In this document: positions 25,545 through 39,170 of the stretch, piece by piece
Layout: each line of letters opens with the position of its first letter
Position numbering within the stretch: the stretch's first letter is position 1
Source: Octopus bimaculoides
Lineage: Eukaryota
Length of the DNA: 63,877 nucleotides
Reading direction: 5' to 3'
NCBI RefSeq assembly: GCF_001194135.2
Contig: NC_068995.1
Coordinates: 28,042,519-28,106,395, forward strand
Made by a program: the position numbers and the translations under genes
Notes under the pieces: model-generated
Told to the model about the DNA's origin: nothing
The model's database searches: none
Seen by the model: the letters and a program-made list of their open reading frames with translations, nothing else

Positions 25545-25735
25545 GTGTGTTTGTCACTCCCACCCCCACCCCAACAACGGGCTTCTTTCAGTTTCCGTTT
25601 ACCAAATCCACTCACAAGGCTTTGGTCGGCCCAAGGCTATAGTAGAAGACACTTGCCCAAGGTGCCACGCAGTGGGACTGAACCCGGAACCATGTGGTTG
25701 GTAAGTAAGCTACTTACCACACAGCCACTCCTGCG
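25545..25735 (-). mobile_element. tRNA-head SINE copy
   Basis: Reverse complement of the 8236-8390 SINE head. Confidence 0.85.
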
Positions 25736-26229
25736 CCTATGTATACATGATTGCAATCTATTTATATTTTTGAAGGCATCCATGTTTTTGGTGGTGTGCA
25801 TCTCAGAAGTATTGTACATGAGGTTGGTTTGTGTGCAGTTCATCTGCATAATTGGATGATTGTGCATGAATGTGCCCATGCTCTAGTGGATGGATGTGGA
25901 GGTAAGCTTTGGAGAGATGTTGCGTACATGCATACACACCTACTCACATACACTCTCATACCTCACGTGGCAGATTTAAAAAAAAAAAAACATGCAAAAC
26001 CAGACGATTTTTTTTTGTCTGGTTGCTCAGGAAAGTATTAGAATTTAAATATTGTATATATTTATTTAAATATATATGTTATCATTATCATACGTAAGCA
26101 AAACTGAAATATCTTGTCTTCTGTAAAAAAAATAAATAAATTGAAAAAAATTGGAAAGACTGTTTTAAATAAAAGGAAGGGATAAATAAAAGCAAAGAAA
26201 CATTACTCGCTTTACTTGTAGTACTTTTC

Positions 26230-28224
26230 TTTCATTACATGGCTACTTTGAATGAAATGCTTCAAAACATGGAGTTACACATAATGGAACTTTGCAAATT
26301 TTACACATATAACGGGATTCTTTGCAAATTTTACACATATAACGGGATTCTTTGCAAACTGGCTTTCCATAGGCATCCCATTTTTTTGCACATTCCACAC
26401 ACTTTCTTGTGGGAAATTTCTTCTTTTCTGTGAGAGGAATATCCATGGGAAAATGTTCAAATGAGTACTGAGTAGGATGAGATGAAGATGGTCATCCAAT
26501 TCATTGACGAGGAACATCAACATGATTTTCAATAACTTCAAGTCTGTATTTCATATGAGACATTAGTTTTGCTGTGGCTGCATTCATTTGAGTCAATGAT
26601 TCTTTATAAAGTATGTATGAATTCCACACTGCCAGTCCATCATGTGAAAAAACACCTTCTTGTACTACCTCTTTCCATGTTTTTGGGATACGGGGTAATC
26701 AACTAAATGTTGGTTGAGTTTGTCAACTACACCAATAGTGAAGTTGTAATCATAAACCACTTGTGGCTTTATTATCTGTTTCCTTGGATGGATTATGAAT
26801 GGTAGAGATCATAGTAACATCTTTTGTATCCTTCTATTTTAGTGCCATCACCTTTCCTCTTTGAAAAGCACAAATTTCACTTTTTTTTTTTTGGCAAATC
26901 CTTTCTTGTGAGATGTATTGTTTCTAGAAAATCTGTGTAATTAGCTACTAAAATATCTGCTAGTTCTGGATAAGCATAAAAATTGTCCACAGTTAGGCGA
27001 TATCCTTTTCTCAGCAAAGGTTCCACAGGATTCATCACTATTCATGGTGTCATAGTAAGTTCTTGATATTTGTTGCTAATTTGGGTTCCCTTTTCACAAT
27101 AAATCATAAATTCCCACACATAGCTAGTGTCAGATTCACATAACATGAAATATTTAACTCCAATCTATTCTTCAAGGGTAAATATTGAACCCAACCCAAT
27201 CTGCCTTTGTATAACATGAGACTCTCATCAATGGAAATGTCTCATTTTAGCATGTATGAATGCTGAAACTTCTGTTGTAGCTTAGAATATATATCATATA
27301 TTTTATGCAACTTAGGATTTGGGTGACTTGCTTTGTCATAAGAGTCATTATCAACGAAATGTAGATATTCTTTTATTTTACAAAATCGCTTTAGAGACAT
27401 GACAGTTCCATAAATTGGCTGTTCAAGAAGAGGATGCTTTGACCAGTGCATTTCCAAATCCGGTGCCTTTATAATACTTCCAAGTATGTTCACAGCAAAA
27501 AATAAACGCATTTCCCTGACTGTAATAAGGTGCCAATTCTTATCTCTAGGTGAAGTTTGTTGTGCAAATCTATTTGTCTCACTGCACATAAAGTCAACTA
27601 AATCATCAAAATAAAGGGATAAAAAAACCAAGGAGTCATTTCCAAAACATCACAATCAATTGATATTCCTGGGTCTCCAATGAAAGGAAATGGTGGAGTA
27701 AAAGGTGCAAGATTATCTCCAACAGGAAGCCGATACCATTGCCTGGCAGCAAGCAAGGCATCATCATTACTATCATTATCATCATCATCTCAGAGAATAA
27801 CTTCTGGATCCAATTCACTTGCATTAGAATCTGAAGAGTCAAGATTAGCAAAATTCATGTCAATTTCACTGTTGCAGCTCATTTTAAAAATTAAAAGCAA
27901 AAATGCAAAATGTGTCCTTGGAATAAGTAAACGTATGTTCGTATGTGTGTGCTAATGATGAATGATTGGTAAGTGCAATGATGTGAGACGTGAGTCATGT
28001 TACTGAAGTGAGAGCATGAATGGCATGATGTGCAGCCAGATGTATGATTAGGACAAACACTTGTTTACACCTGAAAAGCACCGTAGAAGAGTTGAGTTAG
28101 TCAAGATATTCTGTCCCAGCCATTATTTGAGAGAATAACTTTTGGACGAGATATTTCGTACAACTCTGAAAAAGGTCAAACATACAAAAACGAGATATCT
28201 TGCCATTGCCAGGCAAGGGGTTAA
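26230..28224 (-). mobile_element. piggyBac (PGBD4-like) transposon, degenerate
   Basis: Right terminus CAAGGGG-TTAA (28221-28224) with GAGATAT subterminal motifs. Acidic N-terminus; ETNRFAQQ..EMRLFFAV..HWSK..MSLKRF..LHFVDN; ISIDESL; C-terminal Cys-rich domain CVEC..C..C..PLCV..CF..FH. The other TIR was not found. Confidence 0.88.
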
Positions 28225-28845
28225 TGCCTGCACACACAATAATTTCAATCATATTAATAAACCTCAGTTCTAAATATTGTATTGATTTGGAAAAAGAAAC
28301 ATAAAACAGAATAATGGGATATCAAGTCTAATAACAAAATTAGCTGTCATGTAGATTGATGTAGAATTAATATATTCACTTTTGTACAGTAAATGCATTA
28401 AATACAAGCGAAAGGTAAAGATGATGAGATTCATAATGGCTATTGCCACCATAGTCTTAATTGTCATTGTTTTACATCAGCTTTTTATGCTGACATGAAT
28501 TGGACGGGTCATTTCTGCACTCCTAAAATAGATGACACTCCTTCTACATGCATACTTACACAAACTACAAACATCCAAATCAGGTGCAAACCCATCTACC
28601 AACACTAATTGCTTAGTACTTTGCAATAAGTAGTAAGAACATGTGTGAAAGAGAAACTGACCCTCCACAATATCTAGGAAGTTTTCTAAAAAGTAGTTGG
28701 TAGCTTCTGTTACCTAGGGGATCTAATTATCAGTGGGTCTCAGTGTTCTGAAAGCATAGTAGCCATAGTAAGAATAGACTGGTAGTATAATATATTAATG
28801 TTATCATTAGTTGCTCCAAAAGAATCGAATTAAAATATTACTTAA

Positions 28846-29062
28846 GAGGGAAAAAGCAGAGTTGTTAACACACCAGACAAAATGTTTAGCGGCATTTCAT
28901 TTGTTTTCATATTCTGAGTTCAAATTTCACCAAGGTTGGCTTTGCTTTTCATCCTTTTGGGGGTCAATAGAATAAGTACCAGTTGAACATTGGGGTTGGT
29001 GTAATTGACTAGCTCCAAACCCCAAATTTCAGGCCTTGTGCTTATAGTTGAAAGGATTATTT
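28846..29062 (+). mobile_element. CORE-type SINE
   Basis: tRNA-like head GAGTTCAAAT, CORE-like GC(C/T)TTTCATCC..GGGGTC.ATA.AATAAGTACC, tail GAAAGGATTATT. Confidence 0.8.
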
Positions 29063-29349
29063 AACAGGAAAATATTTCAATATCATGTGATTGTTGTAAA
29101 TGACATTCAATTCCAATATTCTATGGAAAAATATTACCTTGTTTGGAAACAGGTAACAGCTGACGACAAGAAGGGCATTTGGCTATCGAAAATTTGCCCC
29201 AATAAACTCCATCTGACCCATGCAAGCTTGGAAAAGTGGACGTTAAAAAGACAATGAGGATAAGTTTGCTAACACACACCATTGAAAACAAAAACTACAA
29301 ATTTTGCAAAGATTTTGAAGAAAGTGAAAGAATAAACCTGTAAACTTAC

Positions 29350-29535
29350 CTAAAAGTTTATCTGCCCTTAAATTTTCCATATCATTTACCAAATTCCAAG
29401 AAAGTACCACAGTCTTTTTCGATGTTGATACAAGAGTAAAATCTGCTGGAGGGAAAGTCTCATGGACTGTTTCTTGAGAAACTGGGTTCACTAAATCATT
29501 CCTTTCATTAATTTTACATTCAATACTTTTAGAAT
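29350..29535 (-). CDS. Host FN3-domain gene exon (186 nt): (D)SKSIECK...FPPADFTLVSTSKKTVVLSWNLVNDMENLRADKLL(G)
   Basis: Acceptor TTATTTTTTTCTTGTAG|, donor |GTAAGT, phase 1 to 1. Gives the FN3 start PP..F.L...S..TV.LSW and joins in frame to G-FKIYING. Confidence 0.9.
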
Positions 29536-29614
29536 CTACAAGAAAAAAATAACTTTTTGAAATGTCAAATTCAAATCCAATCAAATATATGAAGAATAAT
29601 AATTTGTATAGCTT

Positions 29615-29835
29615 AAGGCAGCAAGATGGCAGAATTGTCAGCATGCTGAACAAAATGCTTTTAACATTTTGTCTATCTTTTACATTCTGAGTTCAAATTC
29701 AGCCAAGGTTGACTTTGCCTTTCATCCTTTCGGCATTGATGAAATAACTACCAGTTGCACACAGGTGCCGATGTAACCAACTAGCTTCCTCCCCATAAAT
29801 TTCAGGCCTCGTGTCTATAATAGAAAAGATTATCA
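29615..29835 (+). mobile_element. CORE-type SINE
   Basis: Same family as 28846-29062. Confidence 0.8.
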
Positions 29836-29879
29836 TTTAATATAGTTTATTAATGCTGCTAACCTTCAGCACACTGATT

Positions 29880-30420
29880 TACCCCTAGAATACTTTCCTC
29901 TGCCACTGTATTATTTTTGAAGGACAAAAGATATGAGCACCTACTGTTTTAAAATTGTTATAACTTTTGTTGTATTGTGTGTACAGACTTGATTTTTTTG
30001 TATACCAATAAAAGAAGGGATGAATAATATTTTTATGTAAAGCATTAAGGAATAAACAATAGAGTTGCCCCTCAGAAATGTACCTCCTTGAGGCCAGTAC
30101 TTTCTTTAAACTATCTAGCTATGGATGATAGTATCCACTCAGCATATCCTCGAATAATTTCACCATCTATATCTGCCTGAATAATTCCTTCAAAATTGTC
30201 ATCTGAGTCAGAATCAAATAAAATTTCTTCCAGAAAACCTTCAAATGCAGGAGTGGCCATTTTCGGTCAGTAAAAAATTCCCAAAACTAAGTTCGATTTC
30301 AAAGCTTGATTACCTTGTGGTTAGTATATAAACAATGAAAAAGGTGTCAGAAAACAGAAGTTTAGCCTTGTTCGGAATTGAAAGTAGCTACAGGGCAACA
30401 AACTGCAGCAACAGTGAGGA
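29880..30420 (-). mobile_element. Possible piggyBac-like 5' remnant
   Basis: Short acidic ORF MATPAFEGFLEEILFDSDSDDNFEG (from ~30259) resembles piggyBac transposase N-termini. No catalytic domain seen. Confidence 0.3.
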
Positions 30421-31060
30421 GAAGGTTAATTATTAATATGCTTATAACTATATCTTTCTATGTAGTACTTGTTACAACACATGAACTTTATCTTGTATCA
30501 ATTTCTCGCTACTAATTAATATGAAGTTTTTCTGCTTAGATTTACTAAAGAAAATTGCATCTGCTGCAGTAAAAGAAAAAAAAATTTCTGTCTAGATTTT
30601 CTACAGAGTAAAATCTGACTACTGTTTTAAAGAAATTTCTCACCAAGATGTCCAACTAAGAGATGGGAATTCTAAGAAAACAAAAGAGCTTAAGTCTTCT
30701 TATGCTTCCATCTGCCTTACACATTCCAACATCATTTCCAAGTAGTTTCTTGTAATACACTTACTATGAAACTCTTATCATTACCCAACCTTGTCCTGAA
30801 AATGCATATGGAGAGCCCAATCTCCATATCTATATCTTTGTAAGTCCCATACTTATATACATTGATGTTCCTGCTCTTTTACATGACTCAAACAGTCACA
30901 AGGTGTGTTCCTATATTTCATGTATGCTAAAGTTACCATCAATTTGCAATTGAGAAATTTACCCCTTATGTCACAGACTAAGAAAATAGCACTAGTCATG
31001 ATGAGCTTTGTATATTTGTACTCCAGTGTCACTTTGATGGTATTCACTGCTCTCTCACTC

Positions 31061-31733
31061 AATAATCATAATCCTTTCTACTACAGGTACAAGGAAGGGG
31101 CTAGTCGATTACATCAACCCTAGTCTTCAACTGGTCCTTATTTTATTGACCCAAAAGGAAGAAAGGCAATGTTCACCTTGGTGGAATTTAAACTCAGAAT
31201 GTAATGATAGATGAAATGCCACTATGTATTTTGTCTGGTGTACTAACGATTCTGTCAGCTCACCACCTTAATAATAATAATAATAATAATCCTTTCTACT
31301 GAAGGTACAAAGCTTGACATTTTTGGGGAGGGGACTAGTTGTTTATATTAATCCTAGTGTTTCATTGGTACTTCATTTACCAACATTGAAAGGATGAAAG
31401 GCAAAGTCGACCTTGGCAGAATTTGAACTCAGAACATAGCAGCAGATGAAATATCGCTAAGTATTTCACCTGGCATGCTAACGATTCTGCCAACTCACTG
31501 CCTTACTTAATAATAATAATAATCCTTTCTACTATAGGTACAAGACATGAAATTTGAGGGAAAGGACTAGTCTGGTACTTATTTCATCAAGCCCAAAAGG
31601 ATGAAAGGCAAAGTTGACCTCAGCGGAATTTGAACTCAGAATGTAGTGACAGATGAAATAACGGTAACCATTTCTCCCAGCCTGCTAATGATTCTGCAAG
31701 TTCACCGCCTTCTTAATAATAATAATAATAATG
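31061..31733 (-). mobile_element. Three head-to-tail CORE-type SINEs separated by (TAA)n
   Basis: Units at ~31061-31269, ~31270-31505 and ~31510-31712, each the reverse complement of the 28846 family. Confidence 0.88.
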
Positions 31734-32559
31734 GTTATTCATAGTAATTCATTAAAAAATGGAAGCAGCTAACCATGTATGAAAAACTTGGTTGCTGCCA
31801 AGTGATTGCAAAAAAACTTTCTTCTTCATTTTAGATAGAGAAGGCAGAGACCAGCCAAAGGATCTACTTTCAGAATCTCTCTCTCTCTTCCTGTCAGAAT
31901 AACAACTATAGAGTGACAACTGTCAATGCTGGTACCATAAAAAATATTATATTCACAGTAGGTTGAGTAACTGTGTTAAAAAACAGTCAGTGGCTAGTTG
32001 TGGTTATTTAGCCCAAGGCCAGACCTACTAAAGCAGACAGGTCTATGATCAAAGGCTATTCCAGATGTTATCACACCATCATTATGTATAGAACAGTGTA
32101 ACTGAAACAACATTATCCAATGTGTCTTTTCATACGATGGCAGTGTGTTTGAAGAAAACTTCACTGCTATTTCTAGTAGGTCAAATGACAATGTAGAAGC
32201 TTCCTCATTGGATTATTGCTATCAAATAATATAATGATGTTAAAGTTGATTTATTTGGAACAATTTGAGAGATGTATGGTGTGTGTATGGGGGGAGGTGT
32301 CATCATCAACATCATCACTTAACATCCACGTTGAGCTCTAATGTTAGTTTTGGAATAGTTTTTACAGCTGGATACCCTTTTTAAAGCTAACTACTTAAAA
32401 GAGTGTACTGGGTGCTATATTTGTGCCACTAGCACTAGTGATGTTGTGTAATTTGCAACAGAAGAAAACAAGGAAAAACAAAAAGAAAAAGCTCCCACTA
32501 CTAAGTGGGGATTATCTGTGATGAGAAGGTGGCTTTACACCAAGTGTTGAAAGGCTAAT

Positions 32560-34790
32560 GTATACTCGCTATAGAGGAGACACTTGGCTTAAGGAGATGA
32601 AAGGAAGGTGAGCATAAGAGAGGATATGGACAGCGGGTCATGGGAGGAAAGGAGAGAATGGATACATTCATAAGGGTGTGAAGGGGGAGTAACAGATGGT
32701 TAAAGATGGTAGTGATGAATGTGGTGAGTAATGAAGAAGGGTGGAGGTGCAGTTGAAGGGAGACACCAGTATGGAGAGGGGTAAGGTGAAAGATATATGA
32801 CTGGTTCAGGAACAGATCAGAAAGTAATAGAATGAGGTGAAAGGTGCAGAAGTGACAGAGAAGGGGCTATAGTAAGTGGGGCATGATGATAGATAATAGA
32901 GGGCATTGAGAAGGATAGCAGATACAAGAGGTGTTAAGAATGGAGCATAGTAGAAGGGAGAGAGTATTGGCTGAGGGCATAGGAAGGAAATGATTGTAGA
33001 AATAGTGAGCAGAGATAATAATGAGAAATGGAAGTGGTTCTGGGGGAGGGGGTATGTAATATGTGCTGATTCAGCTCTCAGGTGATTACAAACAGCCAAG
33101 TAATACCATACATAGGAGAGTGATAAGTGTTAGAAGATGAAAGTTGGGGGAAATATCAGAGAGGCGGTGGGTTTTTAGGATATCATTTTTGCTGTGATGG
33201 TCAGGTCTTCTTGACCACAGTAAATCACCAACCATCTTGGTCCTTTGTCATCTGCTCTGCAAGGCTCTGCATTTTGAGATCCACCTTCAATAATTTGTCC
33301 CATGTCTTCTGGGGTCTCCCTTTTCCATATGTTTCATCCATATTAAGCATTTGGACTTCTTTATGTAACTGTCCTCATCCATATGCATCATATGATCAAG
33401 CCAATTCAGTCTTTTCTCTTGCACACTACATGTGATTCCTCTTATGACCAATTTTTCTCTCAGTACATTAGCATTCTGTCTTCCGTGCACTCTGACATTG
33501 CTCATCCAATAGAGTATACTAGTTTCATGCGTCTCTAGTCTTCATATGTCCTCTGAATTCAGGGCTCATGTTTCACTACCATATAGCATTGCTGTTCATA
33601 CACAAGCATCATACACTCTGCCTTTCACTCATAAGAGAGACAGTTTGTTGACAACAGCAGTAATAGCTCCCAGAACTTTCTCCATCCTATTCTTATTCTA
33701 GCAACTATATTTTCAGAACATCCCCTTCTACTGCTAATTAGATTGCATAGGTAATGGAAACTATCTACAACCTCTAAGGTATTTGAGAAAAACTAATTTC
33801 CATCAGCCCTTAGTCTTTATGGCACCAGTGCATCTTTCACATACAAACACTACTTTCTCTGTTAGCATTGCTGTGATTCCTTTGCACTTTTTGAAGTCCA
33901 TAGATTGCACTGGGTACACCATATGGGATTCCTGACTCCACCTTTCTCACATATTCAACAGGGCTATTTTACCTGAAGGAGGTAAAAATGCTACTAGTTT
34001 TCATATTTACAAGAATTTTGGTCTTTGCTAAGTTAATTTTAAGTTTCACTTTCACACTAGGAATTTCTTTTCTATTTCTGTAACAGATTCCACTATGAAA
34101 ACAAGTTTATCAGCATATAGTAGTTCCAAAGGGCAGCTAGTCTTGAAATTTTCTGTTCTGCCCTGGAAAATAATGAATTGGAGGGGATTGAGAACAAGCC
34201 CTAGTGAACACCTACCTGTACACTAAATTCACCACAGTACTCATGGCTCTCACCTTACTGACAGCACCCCTGGACATGGCTTGTCTAATTCTGTTTTTAA
34301 TCAGTCAGACAATAAAATCTCTATAACTTTTATGCTCTGGTTCAGCAATGTAATACCTCTGTAATACTTGTATCTATTATCTAAGCCATCTCCTTTACTA
34401 TTGTAGCAGCTGACTATAATGCTGCTACACCAGTCATTAAGGATAACACCTTTCTGAATAATCTGATTAATTATACGGATGACTAGACCGGATCCTATCT
34501 GTATTTGAGTGGTAATTCCCAGTGGACCAAGGGCTTCCCTGTCTTCATATCCAGACACCCTGACTACCTCAATCACCTTATTCACCTATTTCTTTACCAA
34601 AAATATATGCCCACCACCTATTCATTTAGAAGAATTTGTATGTATGTTCCTTGCCACAAGCAGTCTAGATGAGACTCCTGTCCATTGTGCCTTTTGCACA
34701 CAACACACATCTACATGTCCCTATTCAAGTATTTCAACAATCTCACCAGACCTATTTTTCATTGTACGAACATTGATTGTAGTGGCTTAA
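32560..34790 (-). mobile_element. RTE LINE (long-3'-UTR subfamily), degenerate
   Basis: NQIIQKGVILNDWCSSII..YRGITLLNQ; VLREKLVIRGITCSVQEKRLNWLDH..PRRHG. 3' region homologous to 12300-12800. Confidence 0.8.
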
Positions 34791-35063
34791 GTTTGTAGAC
34801 TTGTGAAGCATGAAAGGGTAGTCTGAGGACTGTTTCCAGTATCTGCAAAAAAGACTTTTGCAGGCACATGCAGCAGGTCCTTATGCATGTCAGTGTAAAC
34901 AGATATTGACTAAAACATGAATTGCAATTTCCTTCAGTTCCACAAAGCCTCCATGGATAAGCAACTGCTAGTAGAGGGGTGAGTAGACAGGGACGAGAAA
35001 GGGAAATTCTTTCTTGTCAATAGGCAGCTTCTGGCAGCGGAGAGGTTATGGAGCCTACCATGG

Positions 35064-35121
<58 letters not shown>

Positions 35122-35719
35122 GAAAAATAGTTTGATAAGTGCTAACACACAAAACTCTTGGCCCTTGAATCACTCTGTTGCTTCTGCTAAATATCAATAT
35201 ATATTTATAGTACACCTCTTTCATAATATCATTGAGAGAAATTTTTAAGCTACTTACCATTACAGACAGACAGATAGAAAGAACAAATTACAACTACTAC
35301 TAAAGGCATGGGAATTTTGAGGGGAAAATTAGAGAAGTTGTGAAATGAAGTAGGGTCCCTATGATAATTACTGCATCTACTCTGGAAATTAGCATAGCTG
35401 TTTTTTGTATCTATCTCTTAATACTGTTTATGATCTGGCAAGCATGGCAGCCACTTCTCTTCTTCTTGTTGCTGCTTTATATATAAACCCCTTTGGATAT
35501 GCATTGTCCTCAAAATTACTCTGCTCGTGACTTTCTTCCATATTTGACAAAATGACCAGCTAAGTTGTTGCTTCTTCTTTGCCTTTAATTGTACCTCATT
35601 CATCTATTTGCATTTCTACCGAGTAAAATACTAACCTGTCTCTAATTTAATTTAAACTAACTTATAATCGCAATTTTGTCTCATTTAGCACACCTAGTAG
35701 TAGTTTAGACATTTCCTTA

Positions 35720-38055
35720 CGTGTCATGCACTCAACCTTTCTTGCCACCACCACCTATACCAGAACCCCCCCTCTCTTTCTCTCCCTCTTTCACTTCTGT
35801 ACCAGAACCTCTCTTAGAAACTCTTCCTCCTCTCAGTAGTCTTTCATCCACATTACTGCAACACACATGCTGCAGTGTATATCCTCTGTGATTGAAGAGT
35901 ACCTATCAACTAATTAATTAACTATTTTAATTTTATTAACAAAGCTTGCATAGCACTCACTTTAAGCAGATGCAGCTAGTGCAACATATATGAATGATGA
36001 TAGATTAAAGACAACTGTTATGACATGTCTCTTGACAAACGCTTGTTCAAACCTTCCTTTCAAATGCAAAATGCCACCCCAGTTCTCCTTGATCCCTCCC
36101 TCTACCCCCTTCACATCCTTAGAATTGGCACTGTCAATATAGGCACAATGAAAGGTAGGTCTGGTGAGATGGTTGAAATGCTTGAGTGGAGGTGTGTCCA
36201 TGTAAACTGTTTTCAAGAAGTGAGGTGGAGGGGTGCTTCAGCCAGGCTCCCCAGAGATGAAAAACATAACAGTAATGAGGTGGGTGGTGTGGGTACACTC
36301 CTAGCTGAGAAATGGGTGGATAACGTCATTGAGTTAGTCAGAGTGTGTGATAGAGTACTTGGGTTTAGACTAGTTTTACAAAATAGTATAGCAACAATTA
36401 TCTCTGCCTATGCACCCCAACTGGGCCTGCCAAATGAATAAAAAGATCGTTTTTATAATATTCTTTTACAGACTACCTCAAAAACAAACAACTGTGACCT
36501 CTTCATGGCTGGTGATTTCAAGTGACATGCTGGGCAGCTACCATGTATCTTCTGCAGAAGGCATGGTGGCCATGGAGTTGGTTCCTGTAGGTGGAAACAA
36601 GGTTTCTGGAGTTCTGTGATGTAAATAATCTTATGATCTGCAACACCAAATTTAGGAAGCCTGCCACTCGCCTGATAATCTATCAATCTGTTGGCAAAGC
36701 TAGCCAAATTGACTACATTCTCACCAGAAAGTGAACTATTTTGTTGTTCAAAAATGCAAAGACCTTCCCTGGTGAAGAATGTACCCCCTCAATATTGGTT
36801 AGTCATTAGTGACTTTAGACTACAGACTAGATGAATTTCAAGAAGCAGACTAGTCTGAAAAAGAAAGTTCTGGAAATTTAAGGATCCTTTGAATAATCAG
36901 AGATTTAGAGAGATTATAAATGAAGCAGGAGTTAGAGATATGTAATGTAGAGGATAACTAGAAGTTCCTATGAGACAACTTACTGAGCCACAGACCAAAT
37001 TTGTGGCTGGTGCAAAGTCCCAACCAGACTTAGGGTGACATGGTGGTGGAACAGTGTAGGTGGCAAGACCATTAGAGCAAAGAACTATATCAGTTAGTTA
37101 GAAGGGAAACTGGGAGGCAGGTTTACTTAACTTGGGGAGAAGCAAAAAGGAAGAAGCTTGCCAATGTTCTGAGGTGTGAGGACAAGCAGCTTGAGGTGTT
37201 TCAGTTTGCAAGAGAGTGTGTCAGGGAAAACTGATGTTGTAAGTGCGTTTGCATGGATGATGGTTTACTTGTAGTTAGTGACTCTGCAAAGAAAGAGGCT
37301 TGGAAGTGCCACTATGAAAGGCTGTTAAATGTAGACCTAACAGAGGAACCAGCTATCCAAATAGACAGTAACATAGTAGATGAATCTATGAAGGATATGA
37401 AAACAGAGAAAACCCCTGGCCCATCAAGAATCACCACATCTGGTGGAGTGGGATATGGTCTAGTTACTGTATAGTTAATCAGGCTTGAAAGGAATGAAGC
37501 TAGTATGCTCCATTGGATGTGCAATGTCAGTGTGCATGTATCACTGACTGTGAGTGTCTTAAAAGAAAAATTGAGTATAAGAGGATCAAGTGTAGTGTGC
37601 AATAGAAAAGATTGTGCTGGTATGGCCATGTGATGTGTATGGACAAGAACAGCTGAGTAAAGAAGTGTTGACCTCTAACTGTGGAGGAAACCTATGGAAG
37701 AAGTAAACCCAAGATGTAGGATGAGGTGGTGAAATATGATCTTTGGATGTTGTGTCTCATGGAGACAATGACAAGTGACTGACACTGCTGGCAATTTGCT
37801 GTGTCAAGTTTAGTGAAATCATAGTCATGGCCAGTGCTGATGACACATAAAATGCACCTGTGCCGGTGACACGTAAAATGCACCTGTGCCGGTAACATGT
37901 TAAAGGTACCTGTGTACACAGTGGAGTGGTTGGCATTAGGAAGGGCATCTGGCTGAAATCTGATGCAGCTTTCCAACTCACCAGTTCTAGTCAAACCATC
38001 TAACCCATGCCAACATGGAAAATGGATGCTAAATGATGATGATGATGATGGTGAT
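35720..38055 (+). mobile_element. RTE LINE with RT core deleted, (GAT)n tail
   Basis: LRIGTVNIGTMKGRSGE..FQEVRWRG..ISAYAPQ (36120-36440). Jumps near 37490 from GYGLVT to RLERNEASMLHWMCNVSV. Tail at 38033-38055. Confidence 0.88.
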
Positions 38056-38502
38056 ATGAAATGTGAAACAATGAAGGAAGTCACTTATTAGAACATGAGG
38101 GTGAGAAAGAGAAAAACAGAGAGAAGAAAGGAGAGAAACTTGAGTTAACTTAACTGAAAACTGAGAGACCAGTATACCTGGTTTGGCTGCCATAAAAAAA
38201 AAAAAAAATGAAGCACAACATGTTTCATAATATCCTGATGCATATGAATATGAGAACTGACAGAAGAGCCATTTATTTTACTACTATTAAGATAGATAGA
38301 TCAATAAATACACAGACAGATACAAGCATGGCAACATAACTGAAACTGGGAGGCACCCATTTTATAATACATATATTACAAGTGTAAGCTAGTAGACTAA
38401 AAGTAATATACACATACAAAGTGCTCCATAATTGCCCTGAATGTATCTTTTCTGTCTCATGATATAAATTACAATGCATATTAAAGTCAACTCTGTTCAT
38501 AC

Positions 38503-38574
38503 CCCAAACACCATCATTAATTTCTTTTCCAGAACAAAGAGCTGCATTGTTTTCCAAGAACATCTTTGGTGAAT
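38503..38574 (-). CDS. Host gene exon (72 nt): (D)SPKMFLENNAALCSGKEINDGVW(D)
   Basis: Acceptor TTTCTTTCTTTCTTCATATTTATCAG|, donor |GTATGA, phase 1 to 1, compatible with both neighbouring exons. Confidence 0.65.
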
Positions 38575-39009
38575 CTGATAAATATGAAGAAAGAAAGAAA
38601 TTATGGTAGTTTTAACAATGTTTTTTCTAAAATTTTTGTTCAAGAATAATTATGGACTGGTATGGCTATAACTGTGTTTTAATATTAATGAAATATAAAA
38701 TTTCTATTCAAATCAGTTTTTTAGTATGAGAATTTCTAATAATATAACATTTAATATGTAATTATTATCGACTATTAAAAAAAAACATAACATGAAAAGA
38801 AATCAAATTTAGAACTGTAAGCTATAAAACAGTTTAATACCAATCCTAAGTTTGGTTGGCGTTAATACTGAAATCTGTTGTTGATGATGATGATGATAAT
38901 GATGACAACAACATAATTAACTTAAATGATACTGTTTTCCTGAAATCAATTCAAGCTGGTACTTGGTATTAGACAATTTTAAATACTTCTTGATTTTTGG
39001 AATAGAGTT

Positions 39010-39170
39010 CATCATCATCATCGTTTAACGTTCGCTTTCCATGCTAGCATGGGTTGGACGATTTGACTGAGGACTGGTGAAACCGGATGGCTACACCAGG
39101 CTCCAATCTGATTTGGCAGAGTTTCTACAGCTGGATGCCCTTCCTAACGCCAACCACTCTGAGAGTTGAT
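39010..39170 (-). mobile_element. RTE 3' end fragment
   Basis: (CAT)n followed by CGTTTAACG..CATGCTAGCATGGGTTGGACG, as at 15627-15780. Confidence 0.85.

Noticed and set aside
28560-28673. Possible 114-nt phase 1-1 exon with a GTAAGT donor
   Set aside because: The acceptor is weak and overlaps antisense RTE debris, and inclusion would split the FN3 domain.
30765-30795. Possible 31-nt microexon (TTTTCAG / GTAAGT)
   Set aside because: Its open phases (1-2 or 2-0) do not fit the phase 1-1 context of that intron.
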